Assembly: GCA_964057225.1 (NCBI GenBank)
Contig: OZ059896.1
Span: 19,468,001 to 19,532,000 of the forward strand
Direction of reading: 5' to 3'
Length of the DNA stretch: 64,000 nt
Source: Auanema rhodensis
Taxonomy: Eukaryota; Animalia; Nematoda
Shown piece by piece: positions 1-12,800 of this stretch. Numbering within the stretch: the first letter of the stretch is position 1; each line of letters opens with the position of its first letter. The notes under the pieces are model-generated. The model had not been told where the DNA came from and searched no databases. It saw nothing but the letters and a program-made list of their open reading frames with translations. A program made the position numbers and the translations under genes.

Positions 1-2
1 AC

Positions 3-37
3 ATTTTGACAAAAATTTTTTCGAAAAATTTCAAAAT
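3..37. other. Dyad 1: quasi-palindrome centred on TTCGAA (repeated in each monomer, with variants)
   Basis: TTTTTC|GAAAAA is a perfect palindrome at 17-28; outer arms ATTTTGA (3-9) and TCAAAAT (31-37) are complementary; T16 is unpaired. Confidence 0.9.
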
Positions 38-139
38 AATTTAGCAAAAAGTAGATGTTTTTAGATTCTTTTTTTCAAGGCAAAGACGATGGACAATGTT
101 ATTCAACGAAAAAATTAATTCTTCAGGGTGAAAATCGAG

Positions 140-161
140 GATATAAGTGTGAACTTATATC
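140..161. other. Dyad 2: perfect 9-bp inverted repeat with 4-nt loop GTGA
   Basis: GATATAAGT (140-148) GTGA ACTTATATC (153-161); the arms are exact reverse complements. Confidence 0.95.
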
Positions 162-171
162 AGTTGATATA

Positions 172-238
172 TCGGTGCATTTTTAAGCTAGCGCAAATCT
201 GATAACACAGATCGACGCAGCTTAAAAATCCGCATCGA
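172..238. other. Dyad 3: 67-nt extended imperfect hairpin with a perfect 11-bp core
   Basis: ATTTTTAAGCT (179-189) pairs with AGCTTAAAAAT (219-229). Inner pairs: GCG/CGC (191-193/216-218) and ATCTG/CAGAT (197-201/208-212), loop ATAACA. Outer pair: TCGGTGC/GCATCGA (172-178/232-238) with one G.T. Confidence 0.92.
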
Positions 239-312
239 ATGCACTATACTACATTGAGAAACGCTTAATACAAAAATTAGTTATGATCGTTTGAAAAATG
301 ATGCATTAGTGT

Positions 313-340
313 ATGTTGAGTTTCCATGTACACTCAACAT
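313..340. other. Dyad 4: perfect 9-bp inverted repeat with 10-nt loop
   Basis: ATGTTGAGT (313-321) TTCCATGTAC ACTCAACAT (332-340). Confidence 0.95.
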
Positions 341-3300
341 TGCTTCCAAAAACATTTTGACAAAAATTTTTTCGAAAAATTTCAAAATAATTTAGCAAAA
401 AGTAGATGTTCTTAGATTCCTTTTTTCAAGGCAAAGACGATGGACATTGTTATTCAACGAAAAAATTAATTCTTCAGGGTGAAAATCGAGGATATAAGTG
501 TGAACTTATATCAGTTGATATATCGGTGCATTTTTAAGCTAGCGCAAATCTGATAACACAGATCGACGCAGCTTAAAAATCCGCATCGAATGCACTATAC
601 TACATTGAGAAACGCTTAATACAAAAATTAGTTATGATCGTTTGAAAAATGATGCATTAGTGTATGTTGAGTTTCCATGTACACTCAACATTGCTTCCAA
701 AAACATTTTGACAAAAATTTTTTCGAAAAATTTCAAAATAATTTAGCAAAAAGTAGATGTTTTTAGATTCTTTTTTTCAAAGCAAAGACGATGGACAATG
801 TTATTCAACGAAAAAATTAATTCTTCAGGGTGAAAATCGAGGATATAAGTGTGAACTTATATCAGTTGATATATCGGTGCATTTTTAAGCTAGCGCAAAT
901 CTGATAACACAGATCGACGCAGCTTAAAAATCCGCATCGAATGCACTATACTACATTGAGAAACGCTTAATACAAAAATTAGTTATGATCGTTTGAAAAA
1001 TGATGCATTAGTGTATGTTGAGTTTCCATGTACACTCAACATTGCTTCCAAAAACATTTTGACAAAAATTTTTTCGAAAAATTTCAAAATAATTTAGCAA
1101 AAAGTAGATGTTTTTAGATTCTTTTTTTCAAGGCAAAGACGATGGACAATGTTATTCAACGAAAAAATTAATTCTTCAGGGTGAAAATCGAGGATATAAG
1201 TGTGAACTTATATCAGTTGATATATCGGTGCATTTTTAAGCTAGCGCAAATCTGATAACACAGATCGACGCAGCTTAAAAATCCGCATCGAATGCACTAT
1301 ACTACATTGAGAAACGCTTAATACAAAAATTAGTTATGATCGTTTGAAAAATGATGCATTAGTGTATGTTGAGTTTCCATGTACACTCAACATTGCTTCC
1401 AAAAACATTTTGACAAAAATTTTTTCGAAAAATTTCAAAATAATTTAGCAAAAAGTAGATGTTCTTAGATTCCTTTTTTCAAGGCAAAGACGATGGACAT
1501 TGTTATTCAACGAAAAAATTAATTCTTCAGGGTGAAAATCGAGGATATAAGTGTGAACTTATATCAGTTGATATATCGGTGCATTTTTAAGCTAGCGCAA
1601 ATCTGATAACACAGATCGACGCAGCTTAAAAATCCGCATCGAATGCACTATACTACATTGAGAAACGCTTAATACAAAAATTAGTTATGATCGTTTGAAA
1701 AATGATGCATTAGTGTATGTTGAGTTTCCATGTACACTCAACATTGCTTCCAAAAACATTTTGACAAAAATTTTTTCGAAAAATTTCAAAATAATTTAGC
1801 AAAAAGTAGATGTTTTTAGATTCTTTTTTTCAAGGCAAAGACGATGGACAATGTTATTCAACGAAAAAATTAATTCTTCAGGGTGAAAATCGAGGATATA
1901 AGTGTGAACTTATATCAGTTGATATATCGGTGCATTTTTAAGCTAGCGCAAATCTGATAACACAGATCGACGCAGCTTAAAAATCCGCATCGAATGCACT
2001 ATACTACATTGAGAAACGCTTAATACAAAAATTAGTTATGATCGTTTGAAAAATGATGCATTAGTGTATGTTGAGTTTCCATGTACACTCAACATTGCTT
2101 CCAAAAACATTTTGACAAAAATTTTTTCGAAAAATTTCAAAATAATTTAGCAAAAAGTAGATGTTCTTAGATTCCTTTTTTCAAGGCAAAGACGATGGAC
2201 ATTGTTATTCAACGAAAAAATTAATTCTTCAGGGTGAAAATCGAGGATATAAGTGTGAACTTATATCAGTTGATATATCGGTGCATTTTTAAGCTAGCGC
2301 AAATCTGATAACACAGATCGACGCAGCTTAAAAATCCGCATCGAATGCACTATACTACATTGAGAAACGCTTAATACAAAAATTAGTTATGATCGTTTGA
2401 AAAATGATGCATTAGTGTATGTTGAGTTTCCATGTACACTCAACATTGCTTCCAAAAACATTTTGACAAAAATTTTTTCAAAAAATTTCAAAATAATTTA
2501 GCAAAAAGTAGATGTTTTTAGATTCCTTTTTTCAAGGCAAAGACGATGGACAATGTTATTCAACGAAAAAATTAATTCTTCAGGGTGAAAATCGAGGATA
2601 TAAGTGTGAACTTATATCAGTTGATATCTCGGTGCATTTCTAAGCTAGCGCAAATCTGATAACACAGATCGACGCAGCTTAAAAATCCGCATCGAATGCA
2701 CTATACTACATTGAGAAACGCTTAATACAAAAATTAGTTATGATCGTTTGAAAAATGATGCATTAGTGTATGTTGAGTTTCCATGTACACTCAACATTGC
2801 TTCCAAAAACATTTTGACAAAAATTTTTTCGAAAAATTTCAAAATAATTTAGCAAAAAGTAGATGTTCTTAGATTCCTTTTTTTAAGGCAAAGACGATGG
2901 ACATTGTTATTCAACGAAAAAATTAATTCTTCAGGGTGAAAATCGAGGATATAAGTGTGAACTTATATCAGTTGATATATCGGTGCATTTTTAAGCTAGC
3001 GCAAATCTGATAACACAGATCGACGCAGCTTAAAAATCCGCATCGAATGCACTATACTACATTGAGAAACGCTTAATACAAAAATTAGTTATGATCGTTT
3101 GAAAAATGATGCATTAGTGTATGTTGAGTTTCCATGTACACTCAACATTGCTTCCAAAAACATTTTGACAAAAATTTTTTCGAAAAATTTCTGAATAATT
3201 TAGCAAAAAGTAGATGTTTTTAGATTCTTTTTTTCAAGGCAAAGACGATGGACAATGTTATTCAACGAAAAAATTAATTCTTCAGGGTGAAAATCGAGGA

Positions 3301-3510
3301 TATAAGTGTGAACTTATATCAGTTGATATCTCGGTGCATTTTTAAGCTAGCGCAAATCTGATAACACAGATCGAAACAGCTTAAAAATCCGCATCGAATG
3401 CACTATACTACATTGAGAAACGCTTAATACAAAAATTAGTTATGATCGTTTGAAAAATGATGCATTAGTGTATGTTGAGTTTCCATGTACACTCAACATT
3501 GCTTCCAAAA

Positions 3511-6500
3511 ACATTTTGACAAAAATTTTTTCGAAAAATTTCAAAATAATTTAGCAAAAAGTAGATGTTCTTAGATTCCTTTTTTCAAGGCAAAGACGAT
3601 GGACATTGTTATTCAACGAAAAAATTAATTCTTCAGGGTGAAAATCGAGGATATAAGTGTGAACTTATATCAGTTGATATATCGGTGCATTTTTAAGCTA
3701 GCGCAAATCTGATAACACAGATCGACGCAGCTTAAAAATCCGCATCGAATGCACTATACTACATTGAGAAACGCTTAATACAAAAATTAGTTATGATCGT
3801 TTGAAAAATGATGCATTAGTGTATGTTGAGTTTCCATGTACACTCAACATTGCTTCCAAAAACATTTTGACAAAAATTTTTTCGAAAAATTTCAAAATAA
3901 TTTAGCAAAAAGTAGATGTTTTTAGATTCTTTTTTTCAAAGCAAAGACGATGGACAATGTTATTCAACGAAAAAATTAATTCTTCAGGGTGAAAATCGAG
4001 GATATAAGTGTGAACTTATATCAGTTGATATATCGGTGCATTTTTAAGCTAGCGCAAATCTGATAACACAGATCGACGCAGCTTAAAAATCCGCATCGAA
4101 TGCACTATACTACATTGAGAAACGCTTAATACAAAAATTAGTTATGATCGTTTGAAAAATGATGCATTAGTGTATGTTGAGTTTCCATGTACACTCAACA
4201 TTGCTTCCAAAAACATTTTGACAAAAATTTTTTCGAAAAATTTCAAAATAATTTAGCAAAAAGTAGATGTTTTTAGATTCTTTTTTTCAAGGCAAAGACG
4301 ATGGACAATGTTATTCAACGAAAAAATTAATTCTTCAGGGTGAAAATCGAGGATATAAGTGTGAACTTATATCAGTTGATATATCGGTGCATTTTTAAGC
4401 TAGCGCAAATCTGATAACACAGATCGACGCAGCTTAAAAATCCGCATCGAATGCACTATACTACATTGAGAAACGCTTAATACAAAAATTAGTTATGATC
4501 GTTTGAAAAATGATGCATTAGTGTATGTTGAGTTTCCATGTACACTCAACATTGCTTCCAAAAACATTTTGACAAAAATTTTTTCGAAAAATTTCTGAAT
4601 AATTTAGCAAAAAGTAGATGTTTTTAGATTCTTTTTTTCAAGGCAAAGACGATGGACAATGTTATTCAACGAAAAAATTAATTCTTCAGGGTGAAAATCG
4701 AGGATATAAGTGTGAACTTATATCAGTTGATATCTCGGTGCATTTTTAAGCTAGCGCAAATCTGATAACACAGATCGAAACAGCTTAAAAATCCGCATCG
4801 AATGCACTATACTACATTGAGAAACGCTTAATACAAAAATTAGTTATGATCGTTTGAAAAATGATGCATTAGTGTATGTTGAGTTTCCATGTACACTCAA
4901 CATTGCTTCCAAAAACATTTTGACAAAAATTTTTTCGAAAAATTTCAAAATAATTTAGCAAAAAGTAGATGTTCTTAGATTCCTTTTTTCAAGGCAAAGA
5001 CGATGGACATTGTTATTCAACGAAAAAATTAATTCTTCAGGGTGAAAATCGAGGATATAAGTGTGAACTTATATCAGTTGATATCTCGGTGCATTTTTAA
5101 GCTAGCGCAAATTTGATAACACAGATCGACGCAGCTTAAAAATCCGCATCGAATGCACTATACTACATTGAGAAACGCTTAATACAAAAATTAGTTATGA
5201 TCGTTTGAAAAATGATGCATTAGTGTATGTTGAGTTTCCATGTACACTCAACATTGCTTCCAAAAACATTTTGACAAAAATTTTTTCGAAAAATTTCAAA
5301 ATAATTTAGCAAAAAGTAGATGTTTTTAGATTCCTTTTTTCAAGGCAAAGACGATGGACAATGTTATTCAACGAAAAAATTAATTCTTCAGGGTGAAAAT
5401 CGAGGATATAAGTGTGAACTTATATCAGTTGATATCTCGGTGCATTTTTAAGCTAGCGCAAATCTGATAACACAGATCGACGCAGCTTAAAAATCCGCAT
5501 CGAATGCACTATACTACATTGAGAAACGCTTAATACAAAAATTAGTTATGATCGTTTGAAAAATGATGCATTAGTGTATGTTGAGTTTCCATGTACACTC
5601 AACATTGCTTCCAAAAACATTTTGACAAAAATTTTTTCAAAAAATTTCAGAATAATTTAGCAAAAAGTAGATGTTTTTAGATTCCTTTTTTCAAGGCAAA
5701 GACGATGGACAATGTTATTCAACGAAAAAATTAATTCTTCAGGGTGAAAATCGAGGATATAAGTGTGAACTTATATCAGTTGATATCTCGGTGCATTTTT
5801 AAGCTAGCGCAAATCTGATAACACAGATCGAAACAGCTTAAAAATCCGCATCGAATGCACTATACTACATTGAGAAACGCTTAATACAAAAATTAGTTAT
5901 GATCGTTTGAAAAATGATGCATTAGTGTATGTTGAGTTTCCATGTACACTCAACATTGCTTCCAAAAACATTTTGACAAAAATTTTTTCGAAAAATTTCA
6001 AAATAATTTAGCAAAAAGTAGATGTTCTTAGATTCCTTTTTTCAAGGCAAAGACGATGGACATTGTTATTCAACGAAAAAATTAATTCTTCAGGGTGAAA
6101 ATCGAGGATATAAGTGTGAACTTATATCAGTTGATATATCGGTGCATTTTTAAGCTAGCGCAAATCTGATAACACAGATCGACGCAGCTTAAAAATCCGC
6201 ATCGAATGCACTATACTACATTGAGAAACGCTTAATACAAAAATTAGTTATGATCGTTTGAAAAATGATGCATTAGTGTATGTTGAGTTTCCATGTACAC
6301 TCAACATTGCTTCCAAAAACATTTTGACAAAAATTTTTTCGAAAAATTTCAAAATAATTTAGCAAAAAGTAGATGTTTTTAGATTCTTTTTTTCAAAGCA
6401 AAGACGATGGACAATGTTATTCAACGAAAAAATTAATTCTTCAGGGTGAAAATCGAGGATATAAGTGTGAACTTATATCAGTTGATATATCGGTGCATTT

Positions 6501-8424
6501 TTAAGCTAGCGCAAATCTGATAACACAGATCGACGCAGCTTAAAAATCCGCATCGAATGCACTATACTACATTGAGAAACGCTTAATACAAAAATTAGTT
6601 ATGATCGTTTGAAAAATGATGCATTAGTGTATGTTGAGTTTCCATGTACACTCAACATTGCTTCCAAAAACATTTTGACAAAAATTTTTTCGAAAAATTT
6701 CAAAATAATTTAGCAAAAAGTAGATGTTTTTAGATTCTTTTTTTCAAGGCAAAGACGATGGACAATGTTATTCAACGAAAAAATTAATTCTTCAGGGTGA
6801 AAATCGAGGATATAAGTGTGAACTTATATCAGTTGATATATCGGTGCATTTTTAAGCTAGCGCAAATCTGATAACACAGATCGACGCAGCTTAAAAATCC
6901 GCATCGAATGCACTATACTACATTGAGAAACGCTTAATACAAAAATTAGTTATGATCGTTTGAAAAATGATGCATTAGTGTATGTTGAGTTTCCATGTAC
7001 ACTCAACATTGCTTCCAAAAACATTTTGACAAAAATTTTTTCGAAAAATTTCTGAATAATTTAGCAAAAAGTAGATGTTTTTAGATTCTTTTTTTCAAGG
7101 CAAAGACGATGGACAATGTTATTCAACGAAAAAATTAATTCTTCAGGGTGAAAATCGAGGATATAAGTGTGAACTTATATCAGTTGATATCTCGGTGCAT
7201 TTTTAAGCTAGCGCAAATCTGATAACACAGATCGAAACAGCTTAAAAATCCGCATCGAATGCACTATACTACATTGAGAAACGCTTAATACAAAAATTAG
7301 TTATGATCGTTTGAAAAATGATGCATTAGTGTATGTTGAGTTTCCATGTACACTCAACATTGCTTCCAAAAACATTTTGACAAAAATTTTTTCGAAAAAT
7401 TTCAAAATAATTTAGCAAAAAGTAGATGTTCTTAGATTCCTTTTTTCAAGGCAAAGACGATGGACATTGTTATTCAACGAAAAAATTAATTCTTCAGGGT
7501 GAAAATCGAGGATATAAGTGTGAACTTATATCAGTTGATATCTCGGTGCATTTTTAAGCTAGCGCAAATTTGATAACACAGATCGACGCAGCTTAAAAAT
7601 CCGCATCGAATGCACTATACTACATTGAGAAACGCTTAATACAAAAATTAGTTATGATCGTTTGAAAAATGATGCATTAGTGTATGTTGAGTTTCCATGT
7701 ACACTCAACATTGCTTCCAAAAACATTTTGACAAAAATTTTTTCGAAAAATTTCAAAATAATTTAGCAAAAAGTAGATGTTTTTAGATTCCTTTTTTCAA
7801 GGCAAAGACGATGGACAATGTTATTCAACGAAAAAATTAATTCTTCAGGGTGAAAATCGAGGATATAAGTGTGAACTTATATCAGTTGATATCTCGGTGC
7901 ATTTTTAAGCTAGCGCAAATCTGATAACACAGATCGACGCAGCTTAAAAATCCGCATCGAATGCACTATACTACATTGAGAAACGCTTAATACAAAAATT
8001 AGTTATGATCGTTTGAAAAATGATGCATTAGTGTATGTTGAGTTTCCATGTACACTCAACATTGCTTCCAAAAACATTTTGACAAAAATTTTTTCAAAAA
8101 ATTTCAGAATAATTTAGCAAAAAGTAGATGTTTTTAGATTCCTTTTTTCAAGGCAAAGACGATGGACAATGTTATTCAACGAAAAAATTAATTCTTCAGG
8201 GTGAAAATCGAGGATATAAGTGTGAACTTATATCAGTTGATATCTCGGTGCATTTTTAAGCTAGCGCAAATCTGATAACACAGATCGACGCAGCTTAAAA
8301 ATCCGCATCGAATGCACTATACTACATTGAGAAACGCTTAATACAAAAATTAGTTATGATCGTTTGAAAAATGATGCATTAGTGTATGCTGAGTTTCCAT
8401 GTACACTCAACATTGCTTCCAAAA
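3511..8424. repeat. Local higher-order repeat: 7-monomer (2457 bp) tandem duplication
   Basis: M11-17 match M18-24 in variant order; the rare variant C199T is at 5113 and 7570, 2457 bp apart. Confidence 0.88.
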
Positions 8425-9828
8425 ACATTTTGACAAAAATTTTTTCGAAAAATTTCAAAATAATTTAGCAAAAAGTAGATGTTCTTAGATTCCTTTTTTC
8501 AAGGCAAAGACGATGGACATTGTTATTCAACGAAAAAATTAATTCTTCAGGGTGAAAATCGAGGATATAAGTGTGAACTTATATCAGTTGATATATCGGT
8601 GCATTTTTAAGCTAGCGCAAATCTGATAACACAGATCGACGCAGCTTAAAAATCCGCATCGAATGCACTATACTACATTGAGAAACGCTTAATACAAAAA
8701 TTAGTTATGATCGTTTGAAAAATGATGCATTAGTGTATGTTGAGTTTCCATGTACACTCAACATTGCTTCCAAAAACATTTTGACAAAAATTTTTTCGAA
8801 AAATTTCTGAATAATTTAGCAAAAAGTAGATGTTTTTAGATTCTTTTTTTCAAGGCAAAGACGATGGACAATGTTATTCAACGAAAAAATCAATTCTTCA
8901 GGGTGAAAATCGAGGATATAAGTGTGAACTTATATCAGTTGATATCTCGGTGCATTTTTAAGCTAGCGCAAATCTGATAACACAGATCGAAACAGCTTAA
9001 AAATCCGCATCGAATGCACTATACTACATTGAGAAACGCTTAATACAAAAATTAGTTATGATCGTTTGAAAAATGATGCATTAGTGTATGTTGAGTTTCC
9101 ATGTACACTCAACATTGCTTCCAAAAACATTTTGACAAAAATTTTTTCGAAAAATTTCAAAATAATTTAGCAAAAAGTAGATGTTCTTAGATTCCTTTTT
9201 TCAAGGCAAAGACGATGGACATTGTTATTCAACGAAAAAATTAATTCTTCAGGGTGAAAATCGAGGATATAAGTGTGAACTTATATCAGTTGATATATCG
9301 GTGCATTTTTAAGCTAGCGCAAATCTGATAACACAGATCGACGCAGCTTAAAAATCCGCATCGAATGCACTATACTACATTGAGAAACGCTTAATACAAA
9401 AATTAGTTATGATCGTTTGAAAAATGATGCATTAGTGTATGTTGAGTTTCCATGTACACTCAACATTGCTTCCAAAAACATTTTGACAAAAATTTTTTCG
9501 AAAAATTTCAAAATAATTTAGCAAAAAGTAGATGTTTTTAGATTCTTTTTTTCAAAGCAAAGACGATGGACAATGTTATTCAACGAAAAAATTAATTCTT
9601 CAGGGTGAAAATCGAGGATATAAGTGTGAACTTATATCAGTTGATATATCGGTGCATTTTTAAGCTAGCGCAAATCTGATAACACAGATCGACGCAGCTT
9701 AAAAATCCGCATCGAATGCACTATACTACATTGAGAAACGCTTAATACAAAAATTAGTTATGATCGTTTGAAAAATGATGCATTAGTGTATGTTGAGTTT
9801 CCATGTACACTCAACATTGCTTCCAAAA

Positions 9829-12800
9829 ACATTTTGACAAAAATTTTTTCGAAAAATTTCAAAATAATTTAGCAAAAAGTAGATGTTTTTAGATTCTTTT
9901 TTTCAAGGCAAAGACGATGGACAATGTTATTCAACGAAAAAATTAATTCTTCAGGGTGAAAATCGAGGATATAAGTGTGAACTTATATCAGTTGATATAT
10001 CGGTGCATTTTTAAGCTAGCGCAAATCTGATAACACAGATCGACGCAGCTTAAAAATCCGCATCGAATGCACTATACTACATTGAGAAACGCTTAATACA
10101 AAAATTAGTTATGATCGTTTGAAAAATGATGCATTAGTGTATGTTGAGTTTCCATGTACACTCAACATTGCTTCCAAAAACATTTTGACAAAAATTTTTT
10201 CGAAAAATTTCAAAATAATTTAGCAAAAAGTAGATGTTCTTAGATTCCTTTTTTCAAGGCAAAGACGATGGACATTGTTATTCAACGAAAAAATTAATTC
10301 TTCAGGGTGAAAATCGAGGATATAAGTGTGAACTTATATCAGTTGATATATCGGTGCATTTTTAAGCTAGCGCAAATCTGATAACACAGATCGACGCAGC
10401 TTAAAAATCCGCATCGAATGCACTATACTACATTGAGAAACGCTTAATACAAAAATTAGTTATGATCGTTTGAAAAATGATGCATTAGTGTATGTTGAGT
10501 TTCCATGTACACTCAACATTGCTTCCAAAAACATTTTGACAAAAATTTTTTCGAAAAATTTCAAAATAATTTAGCAAAAAGTAGATGTTTTTAGATTCTT
10601 TTTTTCAAAGCAAAGACGATGGACAATGTTATTCAACGAAAAAATTAATTCTTCAGGGTGAAAATCGAGGATATAAGTGTGAACTTATATCAGTTGATAT
10701 ATCGGTGCATTTTTAAGCTAGCGCAAATCTGATAACACAGATCGACGCAGCTTAAAAATCCGCATCGAATGCACTATACTACATTGAGAAACGCTTAATA
10801 CAAAAATTAGTTATGATCGTTTGAAAAATGATGCATTAGTGTATGTTGAGTTTCCATGTACACTCAACATTGCTTCCAAAAACATTTTGACAAAAATTTT
10901 TTCGAAAAATTTCAAAATAATTTAGCAAAAAGTAGATGTTTTTAGATTCTTTTTTTCAAGGCAAAGACGATGGACAATGTTATTCAACGAAAAAATTAAT
11001 TCTTCAGGGTGAAAATCGAGGATATAAGTGTGAACTTATATCAGTTGATATATCGGTGCATTTTTAAGCTAGCGCAAATCTGATAACACAGATCGACGCA
11101 GCTTAAAAATCCGCATCGAATGCACTATACTACATTGAGAAACGCTTAATACAAAAATTAGTTATGATCGTTTGAAAAATGATGCATTAGTGTATGTTGA
11201 GTTTCCATGTACACTCAACATTGCTTCCAAAAACATTTTGACAAAAATTTTTTCGAAAAATTTCAAAATAATTTAGCAAAAAGTAGATGTTCTTAGATTC
11301 CTTTTTTCAAGGCAAAGACGATGGACATTGTTATTCAACGAAAAAATTAATTCTTCAGGGTGAAAATCGAGGATATAAGTGTGAACTTATATCAGTTGAT
11401 ATATCGGTGCATTTTTAAGCTAGCGCAAATCTGATAACACAGATCGACGCAGCTTAAAAATCCGCATCGAATGCACTATACTACATTGAGAAACGCTTAA
11501 TACAAAAATTAGTTATGATCGTTTGAAAAATGATGCATTAGTGTATGTTGAGTTTCCATGTACACTCAACATTGCTTCCAAAAACATTTTGACAAAAATT
11601 TTTTCGAAAAATTTCAAAATAATTTAGCAAAAAGTAGATGTTTTTAGATTCTTTTTTTCAAGGCAAAGACGATGGACAATGTTATTCAACGAAAAAATTA
11701 ATTCTTCAGGGTGAAAATCGAGGATATAAGTGTGAACTTATATCAGTTGATATATCGGTGCATTTTTAAGCTAGCGCAAATCTGATAACACAGATCGACG
11801 CAGCTTAAAAATCCGCATCGAATGCACTATACTACATTGAGAAACGCTTAATACAAAAATTAGTTATGATCGTTTGAAAAATGATGCATTAGTGTATGTT
11901 GAGTTTCCATGTACACTCAACATTGCTTCCAAAAACATTTTGACAAAAATTTTTTCGAAAAATTTCAAAATAATTTAGCAAAAAGTAGATGTTCTTAGAT
12001 TCCTTTTTTCAAGGCAAAGACGATGGACATTGTTATTCAACGAAAAAATTAATTCTTCAGGGTGAAAATCGAGGATATAAGTGTGAACTTATATCAGTTG
12101 ATATATCGGTGCATTTTTAAGCTAGCGCAAATCTGATAACACAGATCGACGCAGCTTAAAAATCCGCATCGAATGCACTATACTACATTGAGAAACGCTT
12201 AATACAAAAATTAGTTATGATCGTTTGAAAAATGATGCATTAGTGTATGTTGAGTTTCCATGTACACTCAACATTGCTTCCAAAAACATTTTGACAAAAA
12301 TTTTTTCAAAAAATTTCAAAATAATTTAGCAAAAAGTAGATGTTTTTAGATTCCTTTTTTCAAGGCAAAGACGATGGACAATGTTATTCAACGAAAAAAT
12401 TAATTCTTCAGGGTGAAAATCGAGGATATAAGTGTGAACTTATATCAGTTGATATCTCGGTGCATTTCTAAGCTAGCGCAAATCTGATAACACAGATCGA
12501 CGCAGCTTAAAAATCCGCATCGAATGCACTATACTACATTGAGAAACGCTTAATACAAAAATTAGTTATGATCGTTTGAAAAATGATGCATTAGTGTATG
12601 TTGAGTTTCCATGTACACTCAACATTGCTTCCAAAAACATTTTGACAAAAATTTTTTCGAAAAATTTCAAAATAATTTAGCAAAAAGTAGATGTTCTTAG
12701 ATTCCTTTTTTTAAGGCAAAGACGATGGACATTGTTATTCAACGAAAAAATTAATTCTTCAGGGTGAAAATCGAGGATATAAGTGTGAACTTATATCAGT

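Larger units (their letters stand above)
1..351. repeat. Reference monomer M1 (arbitrary phase), about 31% GC, rich in A/T tracts
   Basis: Hand count: 51 C + 57 G of 351 nt, 12 CpG. M2 begins at 352 and differs from M1 at pos 60, 69 and 96 only. Confidence 0.97.

Noticed and set aside
19-35. CENP-B box-like motif (TTCG....A)
   Set aside because: It matches TTCG and A but has TCAA where CGGG is required.
140-191. Helitron 3' end (hairpin then CTAG at 188-191) or intrinsic terminator
   Set aside because: The hairpin is AT-rich and about 26 nt from the CTAG; no U-tract follows the stem and there is no gene context.
172-238. Selection for G.U-preserving variants in the long hairpin (G185, T188, T199, G224, G227)
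   Set aside because: A>G and C>T always yield wobble pairs on this strand; disruptive variants are about as many (C183, C219, C225, A232, A237) and no compensatory pair was seen.
1-351. Repeat-protein ORF, since 351 = 117 codons would keep a frame running across units
   Set aside because: All six frames are closed: + strand stops at 7-9 (TGA), 62-64 (TAG) and 42-44 (TAG); - strand stops opposite TCA 31-33 / TTA 61-63, TTA 41-43 and TCA 75-77.
1-351. 5S rRNA, tRNA, snRNA or spliced-leader tandem gene unit
   Set aside because: No recognisable conserved sequence, cloverleaf or Pol III boxes; an Rfam search would settle it.
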